Assembly: GCA_963666985.2 (NCBI GenBank)
Contig: CAXXIA010000001.1
Location: 576,001-640,000, forward strand
Length of the DNA stretch: 64,000 nucleotides
Source: Spirochaetia bacterium
Lineage (GTDB): Bacteria; Spirochaetota; Spirochaetia; DSM-2461
Reading direction: 5' to 3'
Both the position numbers and the translations under genes were made by a program. The notes under the pieces are model-generated. The model saw only the letters and a program-made list of their open reading frames with translations, was not told where the DNA came from and made no database searches. Shown piece after piece: positions 49,265 to 57,682 of the stretch; position 1 is the first letter of the stretch, and each line of letters starts with the position of its first letter.

Positions 49265-49891
49265 TCAGCCGAAAGAATGAAGTGCAAAGGCCGCCGTATT
49301 GTGAAGAATATGTGCCAGAAGAAGACTCCAGATATTTCTTCTAAAAAGGTATACGCCCGTATAGAGAGTTCCCGCCAGCGCGGCAAAGACAACGCTCCGG
49401 GGTCCGTTTCCAATGTGGATAAGCGCGAAAAGTCCTATGGAAAGGATCGCGGAGATTCTCGAATCCATACCGAGAAAAGGAAGAACGCCGTTAAGCCAGG
49501 AGCGGAAAAAAATCTCCTCGGCCGCCGCCGAAACAACGGCAAGCAAGAGAAAGAGAAAAAGCTGCCGCGGGAATAAATCCCGAATAACGGTTTCGGTTTC
49601 CCCGGCGGGAAAGAACAGCCCCATTAAGAGGGTTGCGGCGGCAAGTCCGACGGCAATGAATATTTCACACCATCCGAAATCGCTCCATCCCAGACTCTTA
49701 CGGTCAACCGGAACCCCCGATAGTCCGAGATATACCGGAAGGATCACCAAAATGATTCGAATGATGAGGAATAAAACAATGAATTGTTGAATCGGTATGT
49801 TATTGTTTGTAGGAAGGGGAATAACCGCCGGCAGAAAAAATGCGGTGAAAAGAAAAGCTGTTAGAATGCCGATCAGCGGACGTTTTGCCAT
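49265..49891 (-). CDS. CPBP (Abi/CAAX) family intramembrane metalloprotease
   Basis: Motifs EEIFFR, FALIH and HILHN in TM helices. Confidence 0.88.
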   Translation of the reverse strand: MAKRPLIGILTAFLFTAFFLPAVIPLPTNNNIPIQQFIVLFLIIRIILVILPVYLGLSGVPVDRKSLGWSDFGWCEIFIAVGLAAATLLMGLFFPAGETETVIRDLFPRQLFLFLLLAVVSAAAEEIFFRSWLNGVLPFLGMDSRISAILSIGLFALIHIGNGPRSVVFAALAGTLYTGVYLFRRNIWSLLLAHILHNTAAFALHSFG

Positions 49892-49933
49892 GCTTTTACG
49901 ATTTTACCGTCAGTCGGTCGATAATGGAATGAT

Positions 49934-51151
49934 ATGTGGATAGCCGTCCTTGCAGTGCTTCTTATAATTCTCGTCTTCCTTCTTCGGCCCAAAGGATCTT
50001 TTTCGGCTTCGGAAACACATCGGCGAGGGCGTATCGAATTTTATTCAAAGGGAATGGATGCCGGTTTTTCTCTCGCTGAAATCAATCTTCTTTGGTCGGC
50101 CGCCGTTAGGGCCGACCTTCCCAACCCTCCCGTTATATACGGTTCGGTGGAAGAACTGGATAAAGCCATCAATCAGATAGCCGGAGAGAAGAAGTTTTCG
50201 GATCGGAAAGGACTTGAACCGGAAACCGTAATTCTGAAGAAACTCTTCAATTATCGGAAGAAGATTGAAATGTCCCGCCCGAAATATAAGTCCGGATTGA
50301 AAACGACTCGGGATATCGCCGTGGGACAAAGGCTGACCATTCGTTCCGGCGGGGCGGGAATCTACACATCGAAGATTATCGATAACGAACAGGCTTACAT
50401 GACCATATCCATCCCCGTCGGAGATCCTCTTCCTCCGGGATTCAGCTGGCGTCAAGGTCGAATTAATGTGTATTTTTGGCGAAAAGACGATGCCGGTTAT
50501 TTTTTTCAGACGAAACTGATCGAACGTTACTATGACCGTAAGGGACAGCATTTTCGAATCAACCACAGCGACAACATCCTAAGAAGTCAGAAAAGAAAAT
50601 CGGTGAGAGCTCCGGCGAAAATTCCGGCGAGGATGTATCCGCTCAAAACCCTGGACGACGCGAATCTCTGGATGGAATCCGCTTCAGGATTAAGCTGTAT
50701 TATCCTCGATATCTCGGAAGATGGTGCGGCGCTTCGAATCGGAGGAAAAGGAAGAAAGGGACAGCCGTTTAAGCTCCAGTTTAAAATCCGGAATGAGATT
50801 CTCGTGGTTTCCGGTGTTGTTAAAAGGGTTACCTATAAACAGAAAGAAGACGAGTCGGTACTGCATGTTGAATTTATTCCTCCGCCGGAAAATATTCGGA
50901 TGGCCATTTTATCGTATGTGTTCGACATAGACAGAACCAGGGCCGCCAAAGGAAACGAATCGGACCAGGATGGGGTTCTGAGCGTTATTTCGGGATTAAA
51001 TCCGGAAGCCGATGAGTCGGAGCGGGAAGGGGAACTGCTTCCCATTCAAGAGAATGAAGAGAACGAGGAAGAATTGGAAGAAATCCTCCCCGAAGAAGAT
51101 TCCGAAGACGCGGAAGAAGCGGGTATTGAAGAACTTGAGTCCGTAGACTGA
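49934..51151 (+). CDS. Membrane-anchored YcgR-like / PilZ c-di-GMP receptor (flagellar brake-like)
   Basis: N-terminal TM helix; RxxxR (RKSVR) and DxSxxG (DISEDG); acidic tail. Confidence 0.85.
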   Translation: MWIAVLAVLLIILVFLLRPKGSFSASETHRRGRIEFYSKGMDAGFSLAEINLLWSAAVRADLPNPPVIYGSVEELDKAINQIAGEKKFSDRKGLEPETVILKKLFNYRKKIEMSRPKYKSGLKTTRDIAVGQRLTIRSGGAGIYTSKIIDNEQAYMTISIPVGDPLPPGFSWRQGRINVYFWRKDDAGYFFQTKLIERYYDRKGQHFRINHSDNILRSQKRKSVRAPAKIPARMYPLKTLDDANLWMESASGLSCIILDISEDGAALRIGGKGRKGQPFKLQFKIRNEILVVSGVVKRVTYKQKEDESVLHVEFIPPPENIRMAILSYVFDIDRTRAAKGNESDQDGVLSVISGLNPEADESEREGELLPIQENEENEEELEEILPEEDSEDAEEAGIEELESVD

Positions 51152-51185
51152 ACGATTCGGCAAGATAAGCCGGTAATAGTTGGAT

Positions 51186-52967
51186 ATGAAGCCGACTTTG
51201 GTTGAATATGCGCCTCCCGCCGCTCTCGGGTGCCTTGTTTTCATATCTCTGCAGGGGATTCTTCCAAGCTGTTTTTTCGGAAGGGGAGTTCTTTGGGCGG
51301 CATTCATTGCGGGGCTGTTAAGCGCCGTATTTGGTTTACCGGGGATTGCGGGTCCGAAGAAAGGAAAGCGGCGGCGAACGTCCGCGGAGAAAAACGGCCA
51401 TACAAAAGACTCCGCGAAAACCAATGCTAATAAACGGACCGGATTCGGGCTCCGCTTTGGGACTCCTCACGGCCTTTTTCTTTTTTTACCGTTTGCTCTT
51501 TCAGGCTTTTTTTTCTCATTCACCGCGAAATCGGTTTTTTTATATCTGGATGCTTATGCCCATGCGGGACTTCCCGCTGATGCGGTTGAAGCCGCCGAAA
51601 TCGTGCTTACGGAAGACCCGAGAATCCGAGGAGAAAAAGGGTGGACGGCCGAAGGGCGCCTGATCGGAGTATCGGCCGAAGGCGTTTCGACTCAAGCCCA
51701 AGGAAGGATTCTTGTTTTTGCTTCCGGAGAACCTTCCTCTCTGGCCGCGGGAAGAAAAGTTCTTCTTCACGGACGGATGGAGAGCGGTAACTTAAACGAA
51801 ATTCCTTTTGTTTTTTTTGCGGAATCTTGGGAACTCAAAGAGTGGCTGTCGACTATTTTTTCATTTCGTCTTTCATTCACCGAGACTCTGCAGGCTAAGT
51901 TCGATTGCTGCAAACCCGACACATCTTCTTTTTTCTCGGCCCTGATTCTCGGGAAAAAGACGGATTCCGGCTCTCCTTTGATGATGAGATTTGAAGCTTC
52001 GGGGTGCATGCATCTTTTGGCGCTCTCCGGGTTCCACGTGGGACTGATGGCCATGATTATCCGCAGGATGCTGAAACCCGCCGGACTCGTCGTTTCTTTC
52101 TCCGTATCCGCCGCCGCCTCTCTGGCGTATCTTTTTCTTGTGGGTCTTCGCCCTTCACTGATACGGGCGGTCGTTATGTTCTGCTTATGGGCATACGACC
52201 GCTCCAGAGGATTTCGGAGTCGTCCGATATGCTATCTCTCCGGTGCGTTTCTTCTTCAATGTTTGTTCTTTCCGCATACAACCTCTTCATTGGCCTTTCA
52301 GCTCAGTTATGCCGCTTTGGCGGGGATGCTTTCGGCAGGGAAAGCGGCTGCCAATGGATTAACGCGAATCCGTTTGAGGCTTTTGGGCGCCGTTGCCGGA
52401 AGCGGAATCGGCGCTCATGCATCGACAATGCCCTTCGTTGTTTCCGCCTTCGGAATTTGGCGGCCGGTAGGTTTGGCCGCCGCACCGGTTCTTACGCCCC
52501 TTACGGCTTTATCCATGGCTTCGGGCGCACTTCTGCTGATCCTGCCGAAAGATACGGCGGTTTTTAATGCGGCGGTTTTTTGTTCGGACGGACTTATCGG
52601 CGTGATTGAAGCCGCGGCGGGCTTCTTTTCTTTCGTCCGAGGTGTTCCTGTGCCTCTGCCGGTCGCTTGGCTCTTGATGCTCGGTGGGGTTACAATCCCG
52701 TTGTTTCAATTAAGGAGGAGCGAAAACGTCAGCAACGGAACGATTGAACCACGACTCCCCGGCCTCAATTCGATTTTTCCTGGAGAAGAGGGAAATCGCT
52801 CCGAGGAAACGCTGGGGGCAGAATTTTCTCATCAATCGAGGAGCCAGGGAAAAAATCATCGAACTGCTGGACGTTCTTCCCGGCATGATTACCTGGGAAA
52901 TCGGTCCCGGATTAGGAGCCATGAGCGAATCCCTTCTGGAACGAGGGGCGAAGCTGACGGTTTTTGA
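51186..52967 (+). CDS. comEC: ComEC/Rec2 competence membrane protein (no metallo-beta-lactamase domain)
   Basis: Motifs ALILG, HLLALSGFHVG, PSLIRA, FQLSY; the last ~75 codons overlap rsmA in another frame. Confidence 0.85.
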   Translation: MKPTLVEYAPPAALGCLVFISLQGILPSCFFGRGVLWAAFIAGLLSAVFGLPGIAGPKKGKRRRTSAEKNGHTKDSAKTNANKRTGFGLRFGTPHGLFLFLPFALSGFFFSFTAKSVFLYLDAYAHAGLPADAVEAAEIVLTEDPRIRGEKGWTAEGRLIGVSAEGVSTQAQGRILVFASGEPSSLAAGRKVLLHGRMESGNLNEIPFVFFAESWELKEWLSTIFSFRLSFTETLQAKFDCCKPDTSSFFSALILGKKTDSGSPLMMRFEASGCMHLLALSGFHVGLMAMIIRRMLKPAGLVVSFSVSAAASLAYLFLVGLRPSLIRAVVMFCLWAYDRSRGFRSRPICYLSGAFLLQCLFFPHTTSSLAFQLSYAALAGMLSAGKAAANGLTRIRLRLLGAVAGSGIGAHASTMPFVVSAFGIWRPVGLAAAPVLTPLTALSMASGALLLILPKDTAVFNAAVFCSDGLIGVIEAAAGFFSFVRGVPVPLPVAWLLMLGGVTIPLFQLRRSENVSNGTIEPRLPGLNSIFPGEEGNRSEETLGAEFSHQSRSQGKNHRTAGRSSRHDYLGNRSRIRSHERIPSGTRGEADGF

Positions 52968-53592
52968 GATTGATCCGGCTTATTGCTCCTGGCTTCGGGA
53001 GTCACTTGGACCAAAAGGATTGGAACTGGTGGAAGGCGATATCACCTCCACGTGGTCCGCTCAGTGGGAAAAACAACCCCCGCGGAGGATTCTCGGTAAT
53101 CTTCCGTACAACGCGGCTTCGGCGATAATCGCGGCCTTTATCGAACGGGAAAGACTCCCTGAAAAATGCGTTTTTACCGTTCAGGATGAAATGGGCCGGC
53201 GAATGACGGCTTCCGCGGGAACAAAAGACTATTCGTCGTTCTCAATCCTCTGCCAAACTTCCGCCGTGCTTGTCGATGGAGGCAGGCTCTCTCCCGGTTC
53301 CTTTTATCCGGCGCCGAGAGTCTATTCCCGCATTATACGTTTGGAACCGGCCTCACCGCATGGGCGCATTCGCGATCCGGAAGTTTTTCGTCTGCTCGTC
53401 AGGTCTTTGTTTACATCAAGACGAAAAACCTTGTCGAATAACATTTCGGCATCCTCATCCGTTAAGGGATTCCCATCGGCCGAAACGGTAAGGGACGCCT
53501 TTAATGGTGAGGGCATCGATTTATCGCGAAGACCCGAGACGGTCTCTCCGGCCGAGTGGGTTGCCGTTTCGAATCGAATCGTTTCCGGATGA
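52744..53592 (+). CDS. rsmA: 16S rRNA m6,2A1518/A1519 dimethyltransferase (start TTG 52744, or ACG 52726)
   Basis: Motifs KRWGQNFL, EIGPGLG, FEID, GNLPYN, FYPAPRV, RRKTLSNN, RPE. Confidence 0.95.
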   Translation: MNHDSPASIRFFLEKREIAPRKRWGQNFLINRGAREKIIELLDVLPGMITWEIGPGLGAMSESLLERGAKLTVFEIDPAYCSWLRESLGPKGLELVEGDITSTWSAQWEKQPPRRILGNLPYNAASAIIAAFIERERLPEKCVFTVQDEMGRRMTASAGTKDYSSFSILCQTSAVLVDGGRLSPGSFYPAPRVYSRIIRLEPASPHGRIRDPEVFRLLVRSLFTSRRKTLSNNISASSSVKGFPSAETVRDAFNGEGIDLSRRPETVSPAEWVAVSNRIVSG

Positions 53593-54239
53593 GTGTTCTC
53601 TGCCGCCTTTGCGGCCGAATGGAAACGGAGCCGTTTCTAACCCGGCGTGAAAAAACACTCTATCATCGCTGTTTTTCCTGCGGTTATGTCCAAATTGATG
53701 AAAAGCATATTCTCTCGGAAGAAGAAGAGCGCCGCCGTTATCTTCTGCACGAGAACAGCTCTGAGAATTCCGGATATGTCCGTTGGCTGGAATCTTTTCT
53801 GAACTTCGCGTTTGACGAAGTGCCGCCCGCCGGAACGGCCGTTTTGGACTTCGGAAGCGGCCCTGAGCCCGTAATGGCCGAGCTGATGAGAAATCGGGGA
53901 TGTAAAGTGTTATTGGAGGATTGCTGTTTTGCTCCGGGGAAACCCGATGGGCCGTTTCGTCTGATTACGGCGGTGGAGGTGTTTGAGCATCTTTTGTATC
54001 CGGCGAAAATCATGGAATCCCTTGCTTCGAGACTTTCCCCCGGAGGAAGACTCTGCCTTTCCACGGAATTCCTTCCTGAAACACCGGATGATTTTGAATC
54101 TTGGCATTATAGGAACGATCCGACTCATATCGGATTCTTCACGGAAAAGTCTCTCATCGCGGCAGGTCGGGAGAACGGGCTCGAGAAGATGAAATGCGAC
54201 GGGCTTCGTTATATTGCTTTCGCTAAAACACCATGCTAA
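53589..54239 (+). CDS. Class I SAM-dependent methyltransferase with an N-terminal zinc ribbon
   Basis: CxxC...CxxC, LDFGSGP, EVFEH, WHYRNDPTHIGFF; ATGA overlap with rsmA. Confidence 0.85.
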   Translation: MSVLCRLCGRMETEPFLTRREKTLYHRCFSCGYVQIDEKHILSEEEERRRYLLHENSSENSGYVRWLESFLNFAFDEVPPAGTAVLDFGSGPEPVMAELMRNRGCKVLLEDCCFAPGKPDGPFRLITAVEVFEHLLYPAKIMESLASRLSPGGRLCLSTEFLPETPDDFESWHYRNDPTHIGFFTEKSLIAAGRENGLEKMKCDGLRYIAFAKTPC

Positions 54240-54252
54240 CGTAGGTCTCGTT

Positions 54253-54888
54253 ATGAGTTTGTTTCTCGTCGCCTCTATTCCGCTGTGGCTTCTCTTGATC
54301 GTATCCTTCTACAAAATTCCTTCAAGGGGATGGCGTGGATTGTTTATTCCTTTTCTCGGCGGGCTTGTTACCGGAATGGGCGCTTTATCAATAACGCTGA
54401 GCGTCCTCACCCGAACACAGTTCAGCATGGATTTTTCCCGTTTGTTTCTCTGGGCCTGGATTCGCGGTCCGGGAATGGCGGGTTTAATTGTTGCAGCTGC
54501 CGTTACGGCCGTGCATTTTCGTCGAAACACCTCCTACTCCAGAATCAGAGAACTCTCGGCATGGTTCGGAGGAACGGCTTTTTGTTATCTATTATGGCTG
54601 GCGGTTTCGCCCGATCCCGGATTCGACGGATATCGTGTTCTGCTCGCTCCTTTTGTATGGATAGGAGCCTTCGGTTCTTCCGTATGGCTTGCCGATAGGG
54701 GATTGAAATCCGACGGGTGGGTAAAAATCGTTTTTTTAGTTTGTGCGGCCCTGTTCCCGACAATCTTTACATTTATTCCGGCATCCTATGCCGCGGGGAA
54801 AATTTTCGTCGCGTGGCCCATCGCCGTATTTTTTGCGGCCGGATCCGCCGTTATGGCGCTGCTGGATTCGCGTGGCCGTTTCGCGTGA
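54253..54888 (+). CDS. Hypothetical integral membrane protein
   Basis: About 7 hydrophobic helices; preceded by TTGCTT-N17-TAACGT. Confidence 0.7.
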   Translation: MSLFLVASIPLWLLLIVSFYKIPSRGWRGLFIPFLGGLVTGMGALSITLSVLTRTQFSMDFSRLFLWAWIRGPGMAGLIVAAAVTAVHFRRNTSYSRIRELSAWFGGTAFCYLLWLAVSPDPGFDGYRVLLAPFVWIGAFGSSVWLADRGLKSDGWVKIVFLVCAALFPTIFTFIPASYAAGKIFVAWPIAVFFAAGSAVMALLDSRGRFA

Positions 54889-55768
54889 GCTTCCTCGGCT
54901 GACGGTATCCATCCTCTTTGCGGTTTTATCCCTTTCTTGTTCCGCGAATTCCATTCTTGTCGTAACGGATCCTTATATTGAAAAAATTCATGAAAATCGG
55001 TGGGCTCCGGCTTCTTTTGAGTTCGCCGCAAGAGCTTTTCTCAACGGGTATCAAGTCTCCGTGGAAAGTGCGGAAGATCAAAATGAATTGAAGCGTGTCG
55101 TGGAGAATCGTGAAATACCCCCCGGTATTGTTATCGTTTCTCCGTTGAATGCCTCGGGTCTTTCCCATATTCGCGCGGATGTTAAGGAATTCGTTATCAT
55201 CGGGAGAGATCCGGAAGTCGATGCTGCCGGAGATTCCCGGATTATTCGCGTTGAACTCGACAGAACGGCGGCGATGGAAGAAATCGGTTTATCGGCCGCC
55301 AAAATCGCTTCAAAGGAAAATAAACCGGCCATGGCCTTGTTCTCCACCGTAAATTCCAAACGCGCCGGTGAAATGGAAACGCTCAAAAATGCCTATTTTT
55401 CCGAATTGCAAGAGGAACTGAGCAGTACAAACGTGAACAGCTTTTCCGGAGAACTTTCTTCCGATTTTGCCGATAAGGCTCAAGAATGCTCTGTTCTTCT
55501 TCTGTTTGCGGGGCCCGCGAATATTGTCGCCATGCAAATGACCGAAGAGATGGGTATCCCGGTTATCACCGAAGGACACTTCGGATCCGGTGCCTGGAAT
55601 AAACGCATCTTAGCATCCGTTGAAGACGATCAAAAAAGTTTAGTCAAGGTTCTGATGGAAATAATCGATGATAAAGAAGCGGGACCGGTTATCGGTTATC
55701 CCGCAAAAATTATTGATGGAAGAGTTTACCGGTCAAAGAAAAAATGGTTTGACGCTCTTGTACCGTAA
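54872..55768 (+). CDS. Hypothetical lipoprotein (periplasmic-binding-protein-like alpha/beta pattern)
   Basis: GTG start gives a signal peptide ending in the LSLSC lipobox. Confidence 0.6.
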   Translation: MAVSRELPRLTVSILFAVLSLSCSANSILVVTDPYIEKIHENRWAPASFEFAARAFLNGYQVSVESAEDQNELKRVVENREIPPGIVIVSPLNASGLSHIRADVKEFVIIGRDPEVDAAGDSRIIRVELDRTAAMEEIGLSAAKIASKENKPAMALFSTVNSKRAGEMETLKNAYFSELQEELSSTNVNSFSGELSSDFADKAQECSVLLLFAGPANIVAMQMTEEMGIPVITEGHFGSGAWNKRILASVEDDQKSLVKVLMEIIDDKEAGPVIGYPAKIIDGRVYRSKKKWFDALVP

Positions 55769-55778
55769 TATCTATAAT
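55749..55778 (+). promoter_or_regulatory. sigma70 promoter of the flaA pair (TTGACG-N18-TATAAT)
   Basis: Near-consensus hexamers 55 nt upstream of ATG 55834, which has an AAGGAG SD. Confidence 0.75.
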
Positions 55779-55833
55779 TCAGCGAGAAGGTGAATTATCA
55801 CTGTTTTTGCGGTTAACCACTAAGGAGATAGGA

Positions 55834-56646
55834 ATGAAACGAGTCAGCCTCCTGTCGGTCCTGATTATCCTCCTGGTCATCGGAGCCGGAGTTCTCGGCG
55901 CCGACGACATCACGCTGAGGTTGGAAGATTATGTAATTGAAACATGGGATAAACCTGATTCCAGTTTCTTTGAGTACAGCAATGATGACGAAATCAAAGG
56001 CCAGCCGATTACATGGGAAGTTCGCGGCAGCAAATTCAGCGCCGACGGTCTTCCGGTTATGGGATACATGGATAATGCATGGCCCGACGATCTTTTCGGC
56101 AGAAACCCCATGGAAGATCCGAAATACGAAGGTGATCCTCCGGGCGTGTTGGCTATCAAAGGAGCTTTTACGCGTCAGGGATACAATCAGATCGAATTAA
56201 TCCCCGGCGTCGGTTCCGGTGATGATTTCGTTCCTACTCCTATCCCTCTTCCGGGCAGGGTCCGAATGGTCGATTTCTGGGTTTGGGGCGCCAATTACGA
56301 TTATTACGTTGAAGTCCATTTTATGGATCATATGGGTATGCCTCATGTTCTTCAGCCCGTACGCATTGATCAGCTCCGTGAACCCGGCAGCATTAAGTTC
56401 GTCGGCTGGAAGAATATGATCATCGACATGCCGAATTACATCAAACAGTCGGTGAATTATAAGCCCGAATTGGCGAATCTCAGTTTGACTAAGTTCGTAT
56501 TCACAACACATCCGGCGGAAATCGTCACGGAGTTCAATATCCTTGTCGATCACCTGAAGGTTCTTTCCGACATGCACGAATCTTTCTATGACGGATTTGA
56601 GCTGGTCGATAGGCTGTCGGAAGTTCAGTGGAAAAACGAGGAGTAG
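55834..56646 (+). CDS. flaA: Flagellar filament outer-layer (sheath) protein FlaA family
   Basis: Signal peptide; FTRQGYN, PIPLPGR, WVWGANY, GSIKFVGWKNM, typical of spirochaete FlaA. Confidence 0.88.
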   Translation: MKRVSLLSVLIILLVIGAGVLGADDITLRLEDYVIETWDKPDSSFFEYSNDDEIKGQPITWEVRGSKFSADGLPVMGYMDNAWPDDLFGRNPMEDPKYEGDPPGVLAIKGAFTRQGYNQIELIPGVGSGDDFVPTPIPLPGRVRMVDFWVWGANYDYYVEVHFMDHMGMPHVLQPVRIDQLREPGSIKFVGWKNMIIDMPNYIKQSVNYKPELANLSLTKFVFTTHPAEIVTEFNILVDHLKVLSDMHESFYDGFELVDRLSEVQWKNEE

Positions 56647-56649
56647 AAG

Positions 56650-57381
56650 ATGAAGAAGATCGCACTCATAACACTGATTCTTACCGCCTTTACCGTCGGG
56701 CTTTTCGCTCAGACGGGAACCGAAGCCGATCCCACGAAAACGGGAATCGTAACGGCCGAGAATGCTTTCCAGGAAATATCGGTATCCAAAATGGAAGATG
56801 CCGGTTTCTGGTACGGTATTTTTCCCGCTGATAACGGGATAATCCAAGTTCGGGATTTCCCCGGCGGACCGAAAGCCTTCGACGAGGTTGAAAATCCTCT
56901 CGGAAAGAAGGCGGTCCCCGAGGAAGAGGCCAACGGCATTCTTGAATCGGATGAGCGTGTCGTCGGCGCGAAAGTTTCGTTTTATCGCCGAGGAGTCATC
57001 GACTTTACGATTAAGCCGATTCGGCCTTTGCCGGTTGAAGGTATTACCAAAATGGTTTCCGTCTGGGTTGCCGGACGCAACACGGAGCATCGGCTGGAAC
57101 TTCTCGTTTCCGATCATTTCGGAAACGATGCGGTAATCCCCATGGGTAAGCTGAATTTCTCCGGCTGGAAGAAACTCACCGTAACCATTCCTCCGCAAAT
57201 CAAACAGCGGGATTATCATTATAATGATCGAATGGGTCTTTCCATTGACGGTTTTAATGTTAAGTGTAACATTGACGAGACTTACGGACGTTATTATCTC
57301 TATCTCGACGACTTGCGGGCAACTACGGATTTATACTCCGAGGAGAGCAGAGACGCGGATGATATGTCCGATGCCTGGTAG
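56650..57381 (+). CDS. flaA: Flagellar filament outer-layer protein FlaA family (second paralog)
   Basis: Signal peptide; KVSFYRRG, PLPVEGITK, SVWVAGRN, GKLNFSGWKKL, YLDDLRA. Confidence 0.88.
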   Translation: MKKIALITLILTAFTVGLFAQTGTEADPTKTGIVTAENAFQEISVSKMEDAGFWYGIFPADNGIIQVRDFPGGPKAFDEVENPLGKKAVPEEEANGILESDERVVGAKVSFYRRGVIDFTIKPIRPLPVEGITKMVSVWVAGRNTEHRLELLVSDHFGNDAVIPMGKLNFSGWKKLTVTIPPQIKQRDYHYNDRMGLSIDGFNVKCNIDETYGRYYLYLDDLRATTDLYSEESRDADDMSDAW

Positions 57382-57406
57382 GAAACGTTAAATATCGTGA
57401 TGATCG

Positions 57407-57434
57407 GAGCCCCCTCTATGAGGGGGCTCTTTTT
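57407..57434 (+). terminator. Intrinsic terminator of the flaA operon
   Basis: GAGCCCCCTC-TAT-GAGGGGGCTC followed by TTTTT. Confidence 0.9.
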
Positions 57435-57528
57435 ATAAGTTATGCTGAAATGTTTTATAATTCGACTGGTACCCGCTTTTTTGCGCTGAAAATCAGCTGC
57501 GGTTTCGCGATTCGACTGTGCCGAATTG

Positions 57529-57666
57529 TTGTTGGGTTCGCTATTTCGTTTTGCGAAACAGCTGTTGGGCTCGCTATTTCGCTTCGCGAAACAGCTGCTG
57601 GGTTCGCTATTTCGCTTTGCGAAACAGCTGTTGGGCTCGCTATTTCGCTTTGCGAAACAGCTGTTG
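57529..57666. repeat. 33-bp tandem repeat, about 4.2 copies, each with a hairpin (REP-like VNTR)
   Basis: Unit YTGYTGGGYTCGCTATTTCGYTTYGCGAAACAG; stem GCTATTTCGC/GCGAAACAGC; one or two degenerate units upstream (about 57465-57528). Confidence 0.92.
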
Positions 57667-57682
57667 AGAGAAAGGAGGAACG

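Noticed and set aside
49265..49891. Abortive-infection (Abi) phage defence gene
   Set aside because: The motifs are those of a CPBP intramembrane protease, and no defence-system context is present.
57529..57666. CRISPR array
   Set aside because: The units are head-to-tail with no unique spacers, and no cas genes are in the window.
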